Shown piece after piece: positions 24,425 to 39,200 of a DNA stretch of 64,000 nucleotides. The notes below the pieces were generated by a model. It searched no databases, was not told where the DNA came from, and saw only the letters and a program-made list of their open reading frames with translations. The DNA is taken from NCBI RefSeq assembly GCF_006345805.1, contig NC_042999.1:163370001-163434000 (forward strand), in the 5' to 3' direction. Position 1 is the stretch's first letter. Each line of letters begins with the position of its first letter. The translations under genes were made by a program, and so were the position numbers. The stretch is from Octopus sinensis (lineage: Eukaryota).

Positions 24425-25015
24425 TACATATCTAAGATGAATGATGTAGTCCATCAGATAATAATGGCCAGAATGAGGATGTTTTCATGTGAAATAATTT
24501 TTGTTGGACTATCAAAAACATTGGTGAAACAGCTCCTGTTGTGCACAAAAATTCAGCAGGAGACCTCCATTGGAGTTATTTTTGCCCTTGCCAAACTTGC
24601 TAATGATGCCTGCATAGGTCTCAAAGTCTGCTCCCACCCTGGTATTGAAGTCACCTATAATCAGCAACTTGTCTATGTTAGGGAACCCTTGCCCACAATC
24701 CTTGTCAGCTCTTGATAGAATGCCTCTTTCTCCTCATCTGGGTAGGTCATTGCTGGAGCATACTTGTTGATGAAGGTCAGGTGTCAGTTATTCACAATTG
24801 GTATCAATAAGCTCATCATCCTCTCTGAGTCAGCCTCTGGAAAGAAAGATATTCTTTTGGTGGTCTTGTTTTTGACAGCAAAAACCATGCCTGCATCTTT
24901 TCTTCCCTGTTTTCCCAACCAAGTAGAAGGTGTAATCCTCCTCTTGCAATTCGCCCTGCCTTTTAATCCTGGCCTGTTGGAGTGCAACAATGCTTAAACC
25001 ATATCAGTGCAATTC

Positions 25016-25519
25016 TGTAGCTCTTAGTGAAATGCATTATCTCTCTTTGAGAGATATAATACAAATGCGGACGTGGCATATAACAGCCAGCCTTCGGCTG
25101 CTTAGGCCCAGTTGTGTCCGCTGCTCTGATTGGTTGGTTTTGGTGCAGTTTTGACTCTTGCTTTATATCGCGCCAATGTGTAAACCAGTCAATCGCAACC
25201 TTCTGATAAGGTCCTGTGACACAGTCTTCTAGGTTCTTTTCTGGAGCCCACTAATCTCTTTAAAAAGCTCGATCAACAAACCATTTTGGGTCTTTGATTC
25301 TTGTCCTTCTTAGGACTAACCTCTAACCACAGAGTGACTCAGCCATGTTCCAGTGACTTAGCCAGTTCTAGTTCCAGCGACTGCGACACCAACATCACCA
25401 CAGCATTTCAGGACCTTTCACCTCTGTCACCTTTCACCACCGTCGCCTTTCAGCTTATTGACACCACCAACATATCTATGTACACACCAACAACAACATC
25501 ACCCAGGTTTAACTACACC
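25016..25519. mobile_element. Truncated LTR related to family C
   Basis: TGTAG start; similar to the reverse complement of 18900-19355. Confidence 0.6.
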
Positions 25520-25897
25520 TGTTTGTGACTTGGAGGGATCATTTTCAATCATGGCCTGGATCTCATGAACAAATTCAGGAGTTCTTTTCTGATTAGAATG
25601 ATCAGAGTGAGTCTTCTGAGCTGCTGCACCTTCGTAATCACCATTAGACTCATCCAACTCTTTCCGAATCCTCTGCACTATCCTCAGACTGACACACAAA
25701 CACTCTGAAATGTTTGTATTGGAATTTCCAGTGTGAATGCCAAGCAGTACAGTATGTCATTTCCAAATTTCTGTTTTCCTCACAGATAGTGCCCAACTAG
25801 CCCTACTATACTGTGAAGTTGACAAAATCAAAAACAAAAAATGTGTATGCACAAAATTTAAAATATAAAATGGCAACAATTTACTCATCGCACCCTG
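25520..25897 (-). mobile_element. Tc1/mariner-type transposon 5' fragment
   Basis: TA|CAGGGTG terminus on the - strand; VSLRIVQRIRKEL..KRTPEFVHEIQAMIENDPSKS resembles a transposase HTH region. Confidence 0.6.
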
Positions 25898-25922
25898 TAT
25901 ATATATGGGTATATATATATAT

Positions 25923-26222
25923 GTGGAGGCGCAATGGCCCAGTGGTTAGGGTAGCGGACTCGCGGTCGTAGGATCGCGGTTTCGATTCGCAGACCAGGTG
26001 TTGTGAGTGTTTATTGAGCGAAAACACCTAAAAGCTCCACGAGGCTTCGGCAGGGGGTGGTGATCCCTGCTGTACTCTTTCACAACTCTTTCTCCCACTC
26101 TTTCTTCTGTTGGCCTGCTCGCTTAGCCAGCGGGTTGGTGTCATTCGAATGCTAAAACAATGCGAACGCATTGTGACCAGCGATGTGTAACTACATCTGA
26201 TGGACTGGTCGGTCACGTGATC
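25923..26222 (+). mobile_element. tRNA-derived SINE, family 2, subtype A
   Basis: A box TGGCCCAGTGG, B box GTTTCGATTC; 3' half as in 59023-59321. Confidence 0.88.
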
Positions 26223-26363
26223 ATGGGATATATATATATATGAAACACCCATGCTCACATGGAAAATTCGAAACGAATAACACCTCTTGCTTGCAACTCT
26301 TGCCTAATGTCAAAGCAAGGAGACAGTAAAACAAACACACGCATACATATACATGTATATACA

Positions 26364-26731
26364 TCTCTCTATATATAAACGGCAGTTTGTCTGTGCGTGT
26401 TTCTGTGTGTCTGTTTTCTCGTACCCTCACCCTGACCACGGCTTTCAACCGATTCTGATGAAACTTGACACACACATAGCCCAATGTCATAATTCAAAAC
26501 TAATGCAGCGAAAATTTTGAAAAGTTCCCCCAGTTCTGAACAAAATCGATAAATTCGACATGGGGTCGAGAATCAGAAACACAAACCGCAAACTGTCTAG
26601 GGGACGCAACTCCACCTTTTTTCACTAAAAAAAATTTACCATTTTTTTGCTATTTTTTGGCTATAACTCTCTAAAAATGCTTTATAGTTATTTCCCTTAC
26701 AAACCTGAGCAACGCCGGGTGATACTGCTAG
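26364..26731 (+). mobile_element. Non-autonomous Helitron (different 5' half, shared 3' end)
   Basis: A|TCTCTCTATATATAAAC ... CCTGAGCAACGCCGGG..CTGCTAG|T. Confidence 0.85.
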
Positions 26732-27656
26732 TACATATATATACACACATACATGTATAAATATATGTACACACACACACACACATTTGTACTTATATCT
26801 ATATTTATATGAGATGTGTTCAAAAAGCATTTGACTTTATTTTCTCCCACCAAAACTGATGCTGCACGAACAAAATCTTTCGGGTGGGAGGTGATGCCAC
26901 ACTTTCTGTGCATGTGTGAAAATTCTCATGCTGGTAGGCTGTGTCTGTTCCCAGCTGTTATGTCTAGAGTACAAACAGGTAGAGCACTCGTCGGATTTTT
27001 GTTTTCATACAAAGTGACTGAATGCTTTGAGCAGAGATCCTGCATCAAGTTTTACTGAAAGCTTTATGATACTCAAGCTCAAAAGATTTAGTAGTCCTTT
27101 GGCAATGATGCAGTGAACAAAACTCAGATCAAGGAGTGCCTGACTGAGCAGATGATGTCTTGCAGAGGGCAGTGTACTTTAGCTCCTACCCTGATTGTCT
27201 GCTGCATCTCTCAGCAGAAAACATGAGGTTCCTCAAAAAGCTGATAACAGCTGCTAAAGTACAAGAAGTGATGAATGGTTGTACACTATACTCTCAAATT
27301 TTCCTATATTCCAACTACCTTATCACTTCTGCCGCAATCATCTTCTTTACCATTCTGATGCTACTCCTCCCTACATAAATGCCATGCTCTGGCCACCACT
27401 TTCATCATCTTAAACACTTCCACTATCACCACTGCCCCTACTACAACTCTTAACCTACACATTCTGACCCACAATCCTACTTCCACTGGTATGGCCTTCT
27501 ATCTTACGTATATCCAAATATTAGTCTTTTTGTCTAGTCTCTTTATACAACTAGCTGTATGTCCTAAAGCAGTCTCTGGAAAGTCTTCAGGCAAAACAGA
27601 GTGTGTATTTTGTTTGATTCATTGTTATGGACTTTTCACTTTGAATTCTATATTCT

Positions 27657-27890
27657 TATTTCTTTATTGCCCACAAGGAGCTAAATATAGAGGGGACAAA
27701 CAAGGACAGACGAAGGGATTAAGTCGATTACATTGACCCCAATGCGTAATTGGTACTTAATTTATCGACCCCGAAAGGATGAAAGGCAAAGTCAACCTCG
27801 GCGGAATTTGAACTCAGAACGTAATGGCAGACGAAATACGGCTACGCATTTCGCCCGGCATGCTAACGTTTCTGCCAGCTCGCCGCCTTG
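27657..27890 (-). mobile_element. tRNA-derived SINE, family 1
   Basis: Homologous to 56445-56672; flanked by TATTCT direct repeat. Confidence 0.85.
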
Positions 27891-28026
27891 TATTCTAAGT
27901 GGCCCTATAATATTCCTTTCTACAAACTCTCATGTGCTCATATATACATCTACATATGTGTTCATACACACATGTATATAGATACATACATATATTTACT
28001 AAAGATCTCTTCAACACAGAGAGACA

Positions 28027-28366
28027 AGGCTCGACTGGCTCCTGTGCCGGTGGCACGTAAAATGCACCAACCAATAGTGACCAATGCTAGTACCACCTGA
28101 CTGGCTCCTGTGCCAGTGGCATGTAAAAAGCACCATGCGAACATGATCATTGCCAGGCCTGCCTGACTGGCTCCTGTGCTGGTGGCATGTAAAAAGCACC
28201 CACTACACTCTCGGAGTGGTTGGCATTAGGAAGGGCATCCAGCTGTAGAAATATTGCCAGGTCAGATTGGAGTCTGGTGCAGCCACTGGCTCTCTGGACC
28301 TCATTCAAACCGTCCAACCCATGCCAGCACGGAAAACTGACATTAAACAATGATGATGATGATGAT
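28027..28366 (+). mobile_element. RTE 3' UTR tail copy (other copies at 28608-28800 -, 32555-33095 -, 39403-39731 +, 42370-42650 +, 45600-45820 +, 53477-53870 -)
   Basis: Repeat units + AGGAAGGGCATCCAGC + CCATGC..ATGG hairpin + (GAT)n, matching the 3' end of 14037-17456. Confidence 0.9.
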
Positions 28367-28984
28367 CACTATTTCAGCACAAGAGCAAAGCTACCTTTCT
28401 GACCAACTACAACATTGACAATTACTGCTATGTTCATTTATCTGACAATCACAGCACATGCACATCCATTTGTTTTTGCACACATTTAACAAAAACATAT
28501 TATCATTTTATGTGAATACTTCTCACTGAGTTGGTAGAAACTCAACATTATTTTGGTAAGCATAGTAAAGGATAACATTCATCTCTATTTCTTTTATTAA
28601 TCCTATCAACATCATCATCATCATCATCGTTTAACGTCCGTTCTCCATGCTAGCATGGGTTGGACAGTTTGACCAGGGATCTGGGAAGCCAGAAGGCTGC
28701 ACCAGGCTCCAGTCTGATCTGGCAATGTTTCTACAGCTGGATGCCCTTCCTAATGCCAACCACTCCGTGAGTGTAGTGGGTGCTTTTTACGTGCCACCTG
28801 CATGCTTTATATTCTCTTATGCTTACACACACACACACACACACTCTCTCTCTCTCTCTCTCTCAAACCCTACAAAACTAAGAGTTTTGTTAATCAACAG
28901 TATCCAGTAAAAGCTAAATCAAATGCACAGCCATTTTTTCTTAGCAGATTAGTTAACTGCTTCATCTAATGCTGAAATCAATGT

Positions 28985-29522
28985 TGTAGTGGATGCATGT
29001 GTGCGTAAATAAATACATAAACTGTTTCATGATTAAATAGGGATTTATTTACATGGGTTATAAGTTCACTACATAAAAATGTAAGCAAATGCTATGCATT
29101 GCTTGTACAGAACACATATTAAAGATGAATATGTTTGTGTGTGTGTGGGTGTGTGCGTGAATCATTCAGAACAGTAGCCTGTAGGCATTTCTCTAGTCGT
29201 CTCCAAAACACGGGATGTCTGCTGCTGTGTCAGCTCCGATTGTGTGTTTCTCTGTTTTTCCCTTTGTATTTATAATATCTCAAACAGCTAGAAAGATAGC
29301 TATACTGCAACAGAGTTACTACTTAAGTAGGTCATCGTTTGTCCAGTTGAACTTCGCCTGACATGGCTCAGGTCGTAGGTCAAAGGGAGATGATCAATCA
29401 ATTTTTGACAGAACAAAGGGATTCTTAATTTCGCGCCTATACATGCATTGGTATTTGACGACCAATGATTCTTGGATTCGATTTCAAATCCAAGCTTAGA
29501 GAAGGAAGTGCTAACTCTTACA
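28985..29522. mobile_element. Solo LTR (family A relative)
   Basis: TGTAGTGG..CTTACA; TSD ATGT/TTGT (1 mismatch); 3' part similar to 2680-2866. Confidence 0.7.
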
Positions 29523-30358
29523 TTGTGCTCTAAGTCTGAACAAACTTAGAATGTACCTAGACTTATACCACATTCCATATTGATTATACTCACAGTATAA
29601 CAAATTGATTTGTGTGCATATTGCATGAAGAAAGCATTTCAGCATACTTGTGATTACTGTTTAGCACCAAGGTGGTCTGGATTGAACTTATGTATAAACA
29701 AAGCATTTTCAGTTGTGATATCCTGTCTTCAGTTTTTCTTCAAGACATAGTATGCCTTTGACCACATTATCATAACACTTTTTTTTATAAGATGGTAAAG
29801 TGGGATTAAAGAGTATTTGGCTACTATTTCTAGCAGATTGAGTGATCACAGAAAAATCCTTTGTAGCTAATTTCAATAACAAAGGTTAAAGACATCTTAT
29901 ATTTGAATAAAGTAGTGGAAATCCCAGATCAGCCTGTATCAATCCTGCACATGTTTTATCTTCAACAAATCTGTAGATGAACCACAGAACTATTAGAAAA
30001 GCACAAACTAAACTAGTTGTCTTGTTTTGTAATTTAAACTCTAATAGTTAAATCCAAAGAATCTCTCAAAGTGGTCAACTTTGCTTTTCATTCCTTCAGG
30101 GTCAATTAAATAGAGAACTAGCCAAGTCAATGGTAATTTTTTAGCTAGTCTTGTTCTTGAACTGGCAGAATTGTTGGAGTATCAGAAAAAATGCCTTGTG
30201 GTGTTTCTGTTCTGAGTTCAAATCCTCTTGAGGTCAACTTTGCCTTTTATCCCTCTTGGGATAAAATAAAGTACTAGTCAAGTGTTAGAGTCAATAACCT
30301 TCTCTTTACAAAAGTTACTGGCTTTATATCTAAATTAGAAATAATGATAATGATGATT

Positions 30359-31830
30359 AGACTGTTGAAAAAGAAAAATTCCTAACATCAGGCTACAACA
30401 AGTGACCTTAGATGCCAAGAACCCTCTTAAGTATCCTAGCTGTCCCTAATAACACTGTTTTCTGAAGCTGTACTAAACTGGTTTTTATGCCTATTTCCTC
30501 TATCCATCTGTTCAGATTTTTAGGAATAGTTCCTAATGCACCTGTAACTACAAGAGTAAATCAGCCTTCTAGCTTCAATTGCTCTGTCCATCTGCATGTT
30601 AAAGTCTTGCAACATCTTATATTTCTTACTATCTAGTACTTTACTAGGTTCATGTTCATACCATTTATCAGTATGTTCCAATCCTAGCTTTCTACATAAC
30701 TCCAAGTGGATTACTCTCCCTAGGTTGTCATGTCTTTTCTTGTATTCTTTCTCTGCCAGCATACTACTACATCCACTTACTATATGAATAACCTTTTCCT
30801 CTTTTGATTTGCACAACCTACATTGGGAATCTATTTGGTTTTTGTCTATCTTGGCTTTTATCTAATTAGTCCTTAATGTTTGATCCTGTGCTGCAACTAA
30901 CAAACTTTCTGTCTCCCTTTTCAGCCTTCCTTTCTGCAACCATAATCATGTCTCGTTACTGTTTCCTGCAACTGTTCTTGGGAATATACCATGCAAAGCC
31001 TTCTCTTGCCAGTCAGATAACTTATGTTCTTTTTGTCTGGTTTTAACTTCATTAAGCTTTTTGGTTTCTCTATGTCTTGCTGTGACTCTAGCAGCTCTTA
31101 ATAAACTTTCTTCACTATTACCTACATAGGAGGCTGTATATACTCTAGTTAACTCCACACAGTCTTCTACTGATATTAACCTTCTTCCACCTTCCTTTCT
31201 ATGTAAGTGTAATCTTACTACTCCTGCCCTTGGGTAGAATTCTCCATTTATATTGAATTCCTTCCTGGTTCTGTCTAGCTTTGCTAATTCAAATTTTGTC
31301 CAATCTACAAAAGCTGCCTTCTCTAGATTTGGACCATTTTGCTTTGACTTCATCAGCTTCCTCATCCTTCTGATTTATTCCTTCTCAATTTTTGTTTTCA
31401 TTATTTATAGTTAGCACTCTGTCAGATTCTAATACTCCTAGATACTTATAACTCTCTACTTCTTTCAGTGATTTTAATGTCAGGTCATCTGGTAATTGGA
31501 TGCCTTCAATGTTGACTACCCATCCTTTTTCCATGACTAATATTGCACACTTATCTATGCCAAATTCCATGCCTACATCTTTGCTGAAGAGTCTTACAGT
31601 TTATATTAAGGAATCTATCTCTTTTTCACTCTTGCTAAAAAGCTTCAGATAATCCGCGTAGAGCCAACAGTTAATTTTCCTTTACTATTTCTGAACTGAT
31701 ACCCTGCCTTTGCCTTCCTTAATACTAAACTGAGGAAGATTAAACAAAAGACAAATATTAAAAGCAATAATGAGTCTCTTTGGAAAATTCCACTCTTGAT
31801 ATTAACTTTCCCTAATGCTGTGTGCCTTTA
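30359..31830 (-). mobile_element. R4/Dong-like non-LTR retrotransposon, 5'-truncated and degraded
   Basis: MEFGIDKCA..YKYLG, RLHLHRKEGGR, CRLC..HIVSGC knuckle, RHD..WYEHEP. Confidence 0.85.
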
Positions 31831-34065
31831 GTAGAAAGGATTATCATTATTATTATTTTAAAAGGATTGACATAACTCTTCACAAAGGTAAATGTGCTTG
31901 CAATAGATATTTTATTGGTTGAATGCTATTTTGACAGTTAGCCTGTCTTTGTTGAGTTCAAAATGAAAAGTGATACACAAAAATTCAAAATTATAGAAAT
32001 TCAAATCCAAAACATGAATGCAGGCATTGATGAAATGACATCATCAGTCTTCAATTTACAAGTTTACAACTGGCAAAAAGGAAAAGAAAGAAAAAAGAAA
32101 AATGAAAAGGAAAAAGAAGAATATTTAATCAAACAATTTTGTGTAAATATAATGGAATTTCCCTGTCATTTTATTCATTCCTCCAGGGCATAATGTTAAT
32201 AAAACGCAAACATATTTCTCCTCATGCATTTTGAGTACCAAAAGTGAAGCAGATTCAAAATATTTTCTGAGAATATGCACTTTCAAGTCTTTTTCAAAAT
32301 TGCAGTCATTTGATGCGAAATGTTCGGCAAGTTCTGTCCAACTACTGTTGTTGTGCCTGATATTGAATCTTTTGTTTAATTGTTCTAGTTCCTGATATTT
32401 TTCTTTCTTCTTGATTTCACATTGTTTCTTTCTTTTCAGGATATTGATATACTTTCATAGTTCATTCAGTGATTGCTTTATCCTTCTTTGTCACCAAGAC
32501 TTTTTTGCTATATTTCATCTTTTATAGTTTGATTCAAAATCTACTTTCCTTCCTATCATCATCATCATCATCATCATCATTTAGCGTCTGCTTTCCATGC
32601 TAGCATGGGTTGGACAGTTCAACTGGGGTCTGTGAAGTCAGAAGGCTGTATCAGGCCCAGTCTTTTCTGGCAATGTTTCTACGGCTGGATGCCCTTCCTA
32701 ACACCAACCACTCCGTAAGTGTAGTGGGTGCTTTTTACGTGCCACCTGCACAGGTGCCAGACGGAGCTGGCAAACAGCCACGGACCGATGGTGCTTTTTA
32801 CGTGCCACTGGCACGGGGGCCAGGCGAGGCTGGCAATGGCCACGAACAGATGGTGCTTTTTACGTGCCACCGGAGCCACGATCGGATGGTTCGCTTACTT
32901 GTCACCGGCACTGGTATCACAGCTGCAATTTCCATTGATGTTGATCGACTTCAATTTTGGTTCTGCTTTCTGATATCTGATTTGATTTGGTTTGATTTTG
33001 ATTTTCACTTGCCTCAACAGGTCTTCACAAGTGGAGTTTTGTGTCCCAAGAAGGAAAGGTATGTATAAGTCGACTGGCTACATACCTATGTAGATGATAA
33101 CAAGCTCTAATCAATCTATTCGTTCCAGTTATATTATCCACCTTAATTTATGAATCTCATCAAGCTCTAATGCTGTTAACCATCTGTTCTTCCTTATTAT
33201 CCTTGCCTGGTTAAACAATTTCTGTTTCAAAGTATCCAAGCCCTGTGTCTCCATCCAGATGTCATGTATTCTCTTTCTTCCTTCACCATCAATGGGGCCT
33301 GCTCAAGAAAATAACATTCAACTACAACCATATTCATCACCTTAGACCATCTTGTTATGGTAGTCATATAATGATGACCTAGTCTGTGCTGCTTGCACAC
33401 AGGATACCTGCCAGGTGAGAGTCTATTACCTGAAGTTCCATCCTCATTTATGTTGTTTCTGTTAATTCTGTTATCCATTACTCTCATAGAGAGGAAAGTG
33501 ATAATAAGGTGTCACAACCACCAGTATTTTTATTAAGAAACCATCTATAGAGGGGTTTACCTCAAATTACTCAAAAGAGATCCTCTACCCTTAAAAGTTT
33601 AAGTGAACAGCTAGAGAAATATATTCATTACCATTATCATTACTGCTTTCCTAAGTGGTAATGACTTTATTGGCAGCACAACTAATGAAGAAATGCTATT
33701 TGGATGGCTGTTGGCTCCTCATACTTCATCCACTCTTAGATAGGTCTTGCTTTTCATCCTGCAGAGTGACCAAATAGTCAGAAAACAACCTCCCTTACAG
33801 AGCAAGCTCTGTGGCGTTGCCAGTCTAGTCAATTTCGACCCAACATTTGTGATTCAATTTCATGCCCTCAGTTATGGTGGTGAAGGGGAAAGTGTCACAT
33901 AGCTGAGTAAATAAGATATGCTGACAAATGTAGTGGAAAGAAGGAAGAAAAAACAAAGAAAAAGGGGAGAAAGAGTGATGATAGGAGCGCATGTGTGCTC
34001 TAATGTGTGAGGGTATACACTGAATGATGTTGGAAGGGGTTGACTGGGTGCATACATTGACCTTG

Positions 34066-34443
34066 GTGGAGGCACAATGGCCCAGTGGTTAGGGCAGCGG
34101 ACTCGCGGTCACAGGATCGCGGTTTCGATTCCCAGACCGGGCGTTGTGAGTGTTTATTGAGCGAAAACACCTAAAGCTCCACGAGGCTCCGGCAGGGGAT
34201 GGTGGTGATTCCTGCTGTACTCTTTCACCACAACTTTCTCTTACTTCCTGTTTCTGTTGTACCTGTATTTCAAAGGGCCGGCCTTGTCGCTCTCTGTGTC
34301 ACGCTGAATATCCCCGAGAACTACGTTAAGGGTACACGTGTCTGTGGAGTGCTCAGCCACTTACACGTTAATTTCACGAGCTGGCTGTTCCGTTGATTCG
34401 GATCAACTGGAACCCTCGTCGTCATAACCGACGGAGTGCTTCC
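34066..34443 (+). mobile_element. tRNA-derived SINE, family 2, subtype B
   Basis: 12-bp TSD ACATTGACCTTG; homologous to 44200-44593. Confidence 0.9.
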
Positions 34444-34594
34444 ACATTGACCTTGACTAAAGTTGGAAAAGTATGTTGCTGAGTAAGGGAGAGAAGAAAA
34501 TTTGAAGTCAGATAACAGAAAATGGGAAGCTTGAAGTCAGATAACAAAAAACAATTCTATTATAAGTTGTTGTTGATGTTGTTATTGTTGTTAT

Positions 34595-36030
34595 TGAAGA
34601 CAGTGCACAGTATCCAATATTATGATGTTGTGGACTGAAGATATTGTGTCCACTGGGAGTTTGTACTGCCTGTCAAGGGCCTCAGACACAATATGTGTGC
34701 AGTTCCAAGTAAAGTTGATTTTTGTAATACACCTAGATTGTAGGGTATTTCTAAAGTTTCCAGATGTTTCTTTAGGGTGGGTGGGTGGTATTGAACTAAT
34801 GATCCGGTGACAACAGGGACAACTTTTACGTTTGACTCTCATAGCCATCACATCTTGACAATCTCTTTCTTTTATGATATGTAGATCTCCTGGTGCTGCT
34901 TTGTCAATTTTTAGCCACTCCTGTTTATCCCTCCTAAAGGTTACTATATCTCGCCTTTGGTGCTCTTGTTACTGAGTTTGATATTCAATGCTTGGTCCTG
35001 GGCTGTGATGATTAAGCTTTCAGTCTTCTTTTTTGCTGAGCCACCTCCATGATGCTTCCTGGTCTTTTAAGTTATTAGTTTCATGTCTGTCTGGAAGTCA
35101 AAGTCCCACAGGATCTTTGCCTTCCCCTTTTCATCTATTACTTTTTCCAGTGTATCTTGATATCAAGCACTTGTTACTTTGTATCCATACTTCCTGCATA
35201 GTAGCCAGTGAAGGTTTTGGGTTACCTTGTCATGTCTGCATTTGTACTCTTTCTGAACAAGACTTTCACAAGCACTAACAATGTGAATCACACTTTCAAT
35301 CTTCTTCCCACACATTCTGCAGAGGTTTGTTGCACTTGTGTGGTATATATCTCTTTTCACCGAGTTGGTATTCAGTGCCTGATCCTAGGCAGCAACGATT
35401 AGGTCTTCAGTCTTCTTTTTAAGGTCACCCTTGCTGAGCCACCTCCATGATGCTTCCTGGACTCTTAAGTTGTTGGTTTTACAGTAGAACTGACCATATA
35501 ATTCCATGCAGAGTAGAGTTTCTTCTCTCCTCTCTGTTGGCTATTCATAATTGGAATTCATTAGCACTCTCATATCCATTGCTGCTAAATCCTTCTGCAT
35601 TAGCAACATACTGTAGCAGGTCTTGTTTGCTGTTCACCAAATACTCTGCCATGTTTTTTCTCTTACTTGTATGCAATCCCATATGCTTATCAGGCTACAT
35701 CCATCTTTACATCTCTTCATGTCAAACTGTGTATGTTCACCTTAAGGTGGGGGGCACCATGCATTGTCAATTCAAGGAGTGTGACTGAGTTGGTCAATCT
35801 CCATGTGTGTACATTTCAGAATGTGAGTAATGTATGGGGGACTACAACAACAGCCCATATGTTGATGGCAGTCACCAGGTTTCTGGTATTGAGTTTTGAC
35901 TTCAAGAGAAGTTTAAGGCACTTCAAATATGCAGTGGTGACCTTGTCTTTCATTTCTCTGTGCAAGATATTGTTCAGCTCCAGGATCTCAAGGTACTTCT
36001 ATACATCACCATCTCAATTTCAAAGTGAGC
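34595..36030 (-). mobile_element. R4/Dong-like LINE 3' fragment
   Basis: CRMCGKKIESVIHIVSAC..YKCRHDKV..LHWLLC. Confidence 0.8.
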
Positions 36031-36264
36031 ACCGCACACTTTGGGATACCCAAATTTCATCCCAATATCCTTGCTGCACATCTACACAGCTTCAACCAGC
36101 CTTTCCGTTTCAGACTCTATTTTTGTGAACAGTTTTAAATCAAACATGAAGAGAAGGTGGTTGAGATGAGATCCATTCTTTCTTAGCTCATAGTGCACAT
36201 TGAATTTGCATAGAACTACAGAAAGTGAGATCAAGTCTATAACAAATTATTATTTTTATTATTA

Positions 36265-39200
36265 TATGTTTGACTTTTGCTTTGTATTTGTACGAGTTGG
36301 CTCCAAATCTCACCCAGAGACCTCAAGAGACAACAAATTAGAAGTTCATGTTGGTGTTATGCCTAGGGTGTCATATATTTAGTTTTGCACATAGTATTGT
36401 TCTAGAGATTTTTAAGAAAACAGAAAATTATGTGTTTGTTTTAAAATTTGAGATTACATAGTATTTTATGTAGGATATGGGTAGTTCCCATGAGCACTAT
36501 CTCTTGAATTTCTGCCATTTTGGGGTTCCCTGGTATCTGAGCTAGGTAGCAATCAGCCCCTTTTGCTACCATTTCTAGGGCACCTATGACAACAGGTATA
36601 TTTTAGTCTTGAGGTTCCACATTTTGCCAATTTCTATTTCAAGATCTTTATACTTGCTCAGTTTTTGGTAGGTCTTGACAGATACAGTTATGTTGATTGG
36701 GATAGTCATATCAATGAGGAGGCATGATTTTTGTCTGAAGTCTTTTGCTATAATGTCTGGCCTATTTGCATCTATCCTTCTGTCAGTTTGAATGGTGAAG
36801 TTCCAGAGGAGTGAGATGTGATCATTTTCAAGCACTGGCAGTGGTTTGTGTTCCCACCAGTTTTTATCATGGGGCTACCCAGTGAATATATTGTGTTGCT
36901 CTAGCATGCCTGTTGAGATGCTCTGTAGGTACAAGAAGATTGCACAGGGAGACGATATGATCAATGGTTTCATTTTGATGTTGACATACAAGATATGTTG
37001 GGCACCTGCTGTTCTTTAATATGTTGGCCTGGTAGTTTCTTATAGGTAGGCATTGATCTTGGGCTACTATGATAAACCCTTCTGTTTCTGATTTTAAGCC
37101 AGAAGACACTAACAATTGATGGGTAAGGGCTTTGTCAACATCGGCATTATTAGCTCGCTTTGGGTATTTGCCATTGAGAGGTTTTTCTTGCCATTTATCC
37201 GTAAGAATATCTAAGGCAGCAGTTTTAGAATGGGTTTTCATAAGCTTAGCTTTTTCTGCGCTTGTTTCTAATACGTCTAATTCTGGAATTTGTTGTATCT
37301 GGAATTCACTTAAATATTCCTCTGCCTGTTTTGTTACTGAGTATGATGCTTTCAGACAAGTTTTGACATCCAGTCCTCAGAGCTTTTCAGGTAGGTGTCT
37401 AGGCCAATTGTGGCAATCTTCATTGTTAATTCCAGTTGTAAAAGTCCCTGGCCACCCACTTTTCTTGGCAGGTAAAGTTGTTCTATATCTGCCTTAGGGT
37501 GGTGCATTCTGTGCATTGTCAAAAATTTTCTTATTTTTCTGTCAAGATTGCATATTTCTGTAATTGACCAGTTAACAATATTGAAACTGTAAGTCATGAC
37601 TGCTATGGCGAATGTATTGATACTTCGATCCTGTTTCTTGCATTCAGCTCTGTCTTCAGTATTGCTCATACCCTGCGATAACATTCTCTTCTGATCCTTT
37701 CACTCACCACTGAATGTTTGATTCCGTCCCCTTCAAATACCCCTAGGTATTTGTAGCTCTCCACTGATTCTAATTCCTTTATGGCATTCTGCTGGTCAAG
37801 ATTAACGTTGGATGTTTTTGTCATTTTGCCTTTGATAAATGCAGCTTTTGCACATTTATCGAGGCCAAATTGTATCCTGATGTTATCACTGAATTATTTA
37901 ACAATCACTAGTAAGCCCTGTAGTTGTTGGTCATTTTTAGCAAAGAGCTTTAAATCATCCATGTAAATGAAATGATTTATATTTATATCAAACATTTTAT
38001 AACTGTATTGTACATCATTGAGCAATTTTGAGAGAGGTATTAAGGCTAGACAAAAGAGGAATGGTTATAGAGAGTCAACCTGGAAAATACCACAGGAAGT
38101 TCTTACATCTCCAGCATTAAGAGATTCATTGTCACTGTTCAGAGTTAGTGTGGTTCTCCATGATCTCATACTTACAGACAAGAAGTTTTGCAGATTAGGT
38201 GCTATTTTATACATTTCCAGACATTTCTTAATCCAGCTATGTGGTAGGCTACCAAAAGCTTTTTTATAGTCTATCCAGACTATTTACAAGTTTTTGCGCC
38301 GTTTATGACAATCTTCTAAGATCATTTTATTGATGAGTAGCTGATCTTTACAACCATAGACCCACGTTTACATCCTTTTTGCTCATTAAGGAATATGCCA
38401 CTTTTTATTAAAAATCTATAGGTATATTCAGTCAAGACAGATGTTAGTATTTTATACATTGTTGTTAAGCAGGTTATGAGTCGATAATTTTTTGGTTCAT
38501 TTGTTTCTTCATTTTCTGGAAGTAGGAATGTTAAACCATTAACTAACCAAGAGGGAATCATACTAGGTTGTTGCAAAACATTCTTGTAAAGTTTTGTTAG
38601 CAGTTCATGGCTCTCCAGGAAGGCATTCAACCAGAAGTTAGGAATTTTATCCTTTCCTGGAGATTTCCATTTGCTTGGCTTCTTGAGAGCAGATCTTACA
38701 TCCTCTACTTTGATACCTTCCCACTTTTGCTCTTCTAAGGAGTCTAAGTCTGCAGATATTCTATCGATCCAAGGGGACTTTTCATTGTGTTTTATTTTCT
38801 GCCCAAATTTTATTCCAAAATTCCTTCACTTCTTCTTTTGATGGAACAGACTTTACTGTAACTGGGATTTTCCTTATCTTCCTGTAAAAAGTTTTGGGAT
38901 TATTTTTGAACATGACCTTGAAGAATCTAACGTGCTTTTCATACCTTGCCATGTGGTCAGCTTTAGCACATTCTTTTGCTTGGTGGTTTCTATGGTGGTA
39001 TCGATGTTAAATATGGTTTTCTTATTGTATTTTTCTTTAATTTTTAAAAATTTTGTTGGTTTGATAATCTTGCCAAACTTAAGGTTTTTTAAACATTCAT
39101 TGTCAGACCTAAGTAGCTGAATTTGGTGTTGAATATACTCTTGCTTAGTAGGTTTTTTGTGGGAATGTTGTCATTTTCTAATCTTTTCACCACACAGAAT

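Noticed and set aside
25923-26000. tRNA-like sequences (also 34066, 44200, 59023, 45823)
   Set aside because: SINE heads: continuous with SINE bodies and TSDs, with no proper acceptor stem or terminator.
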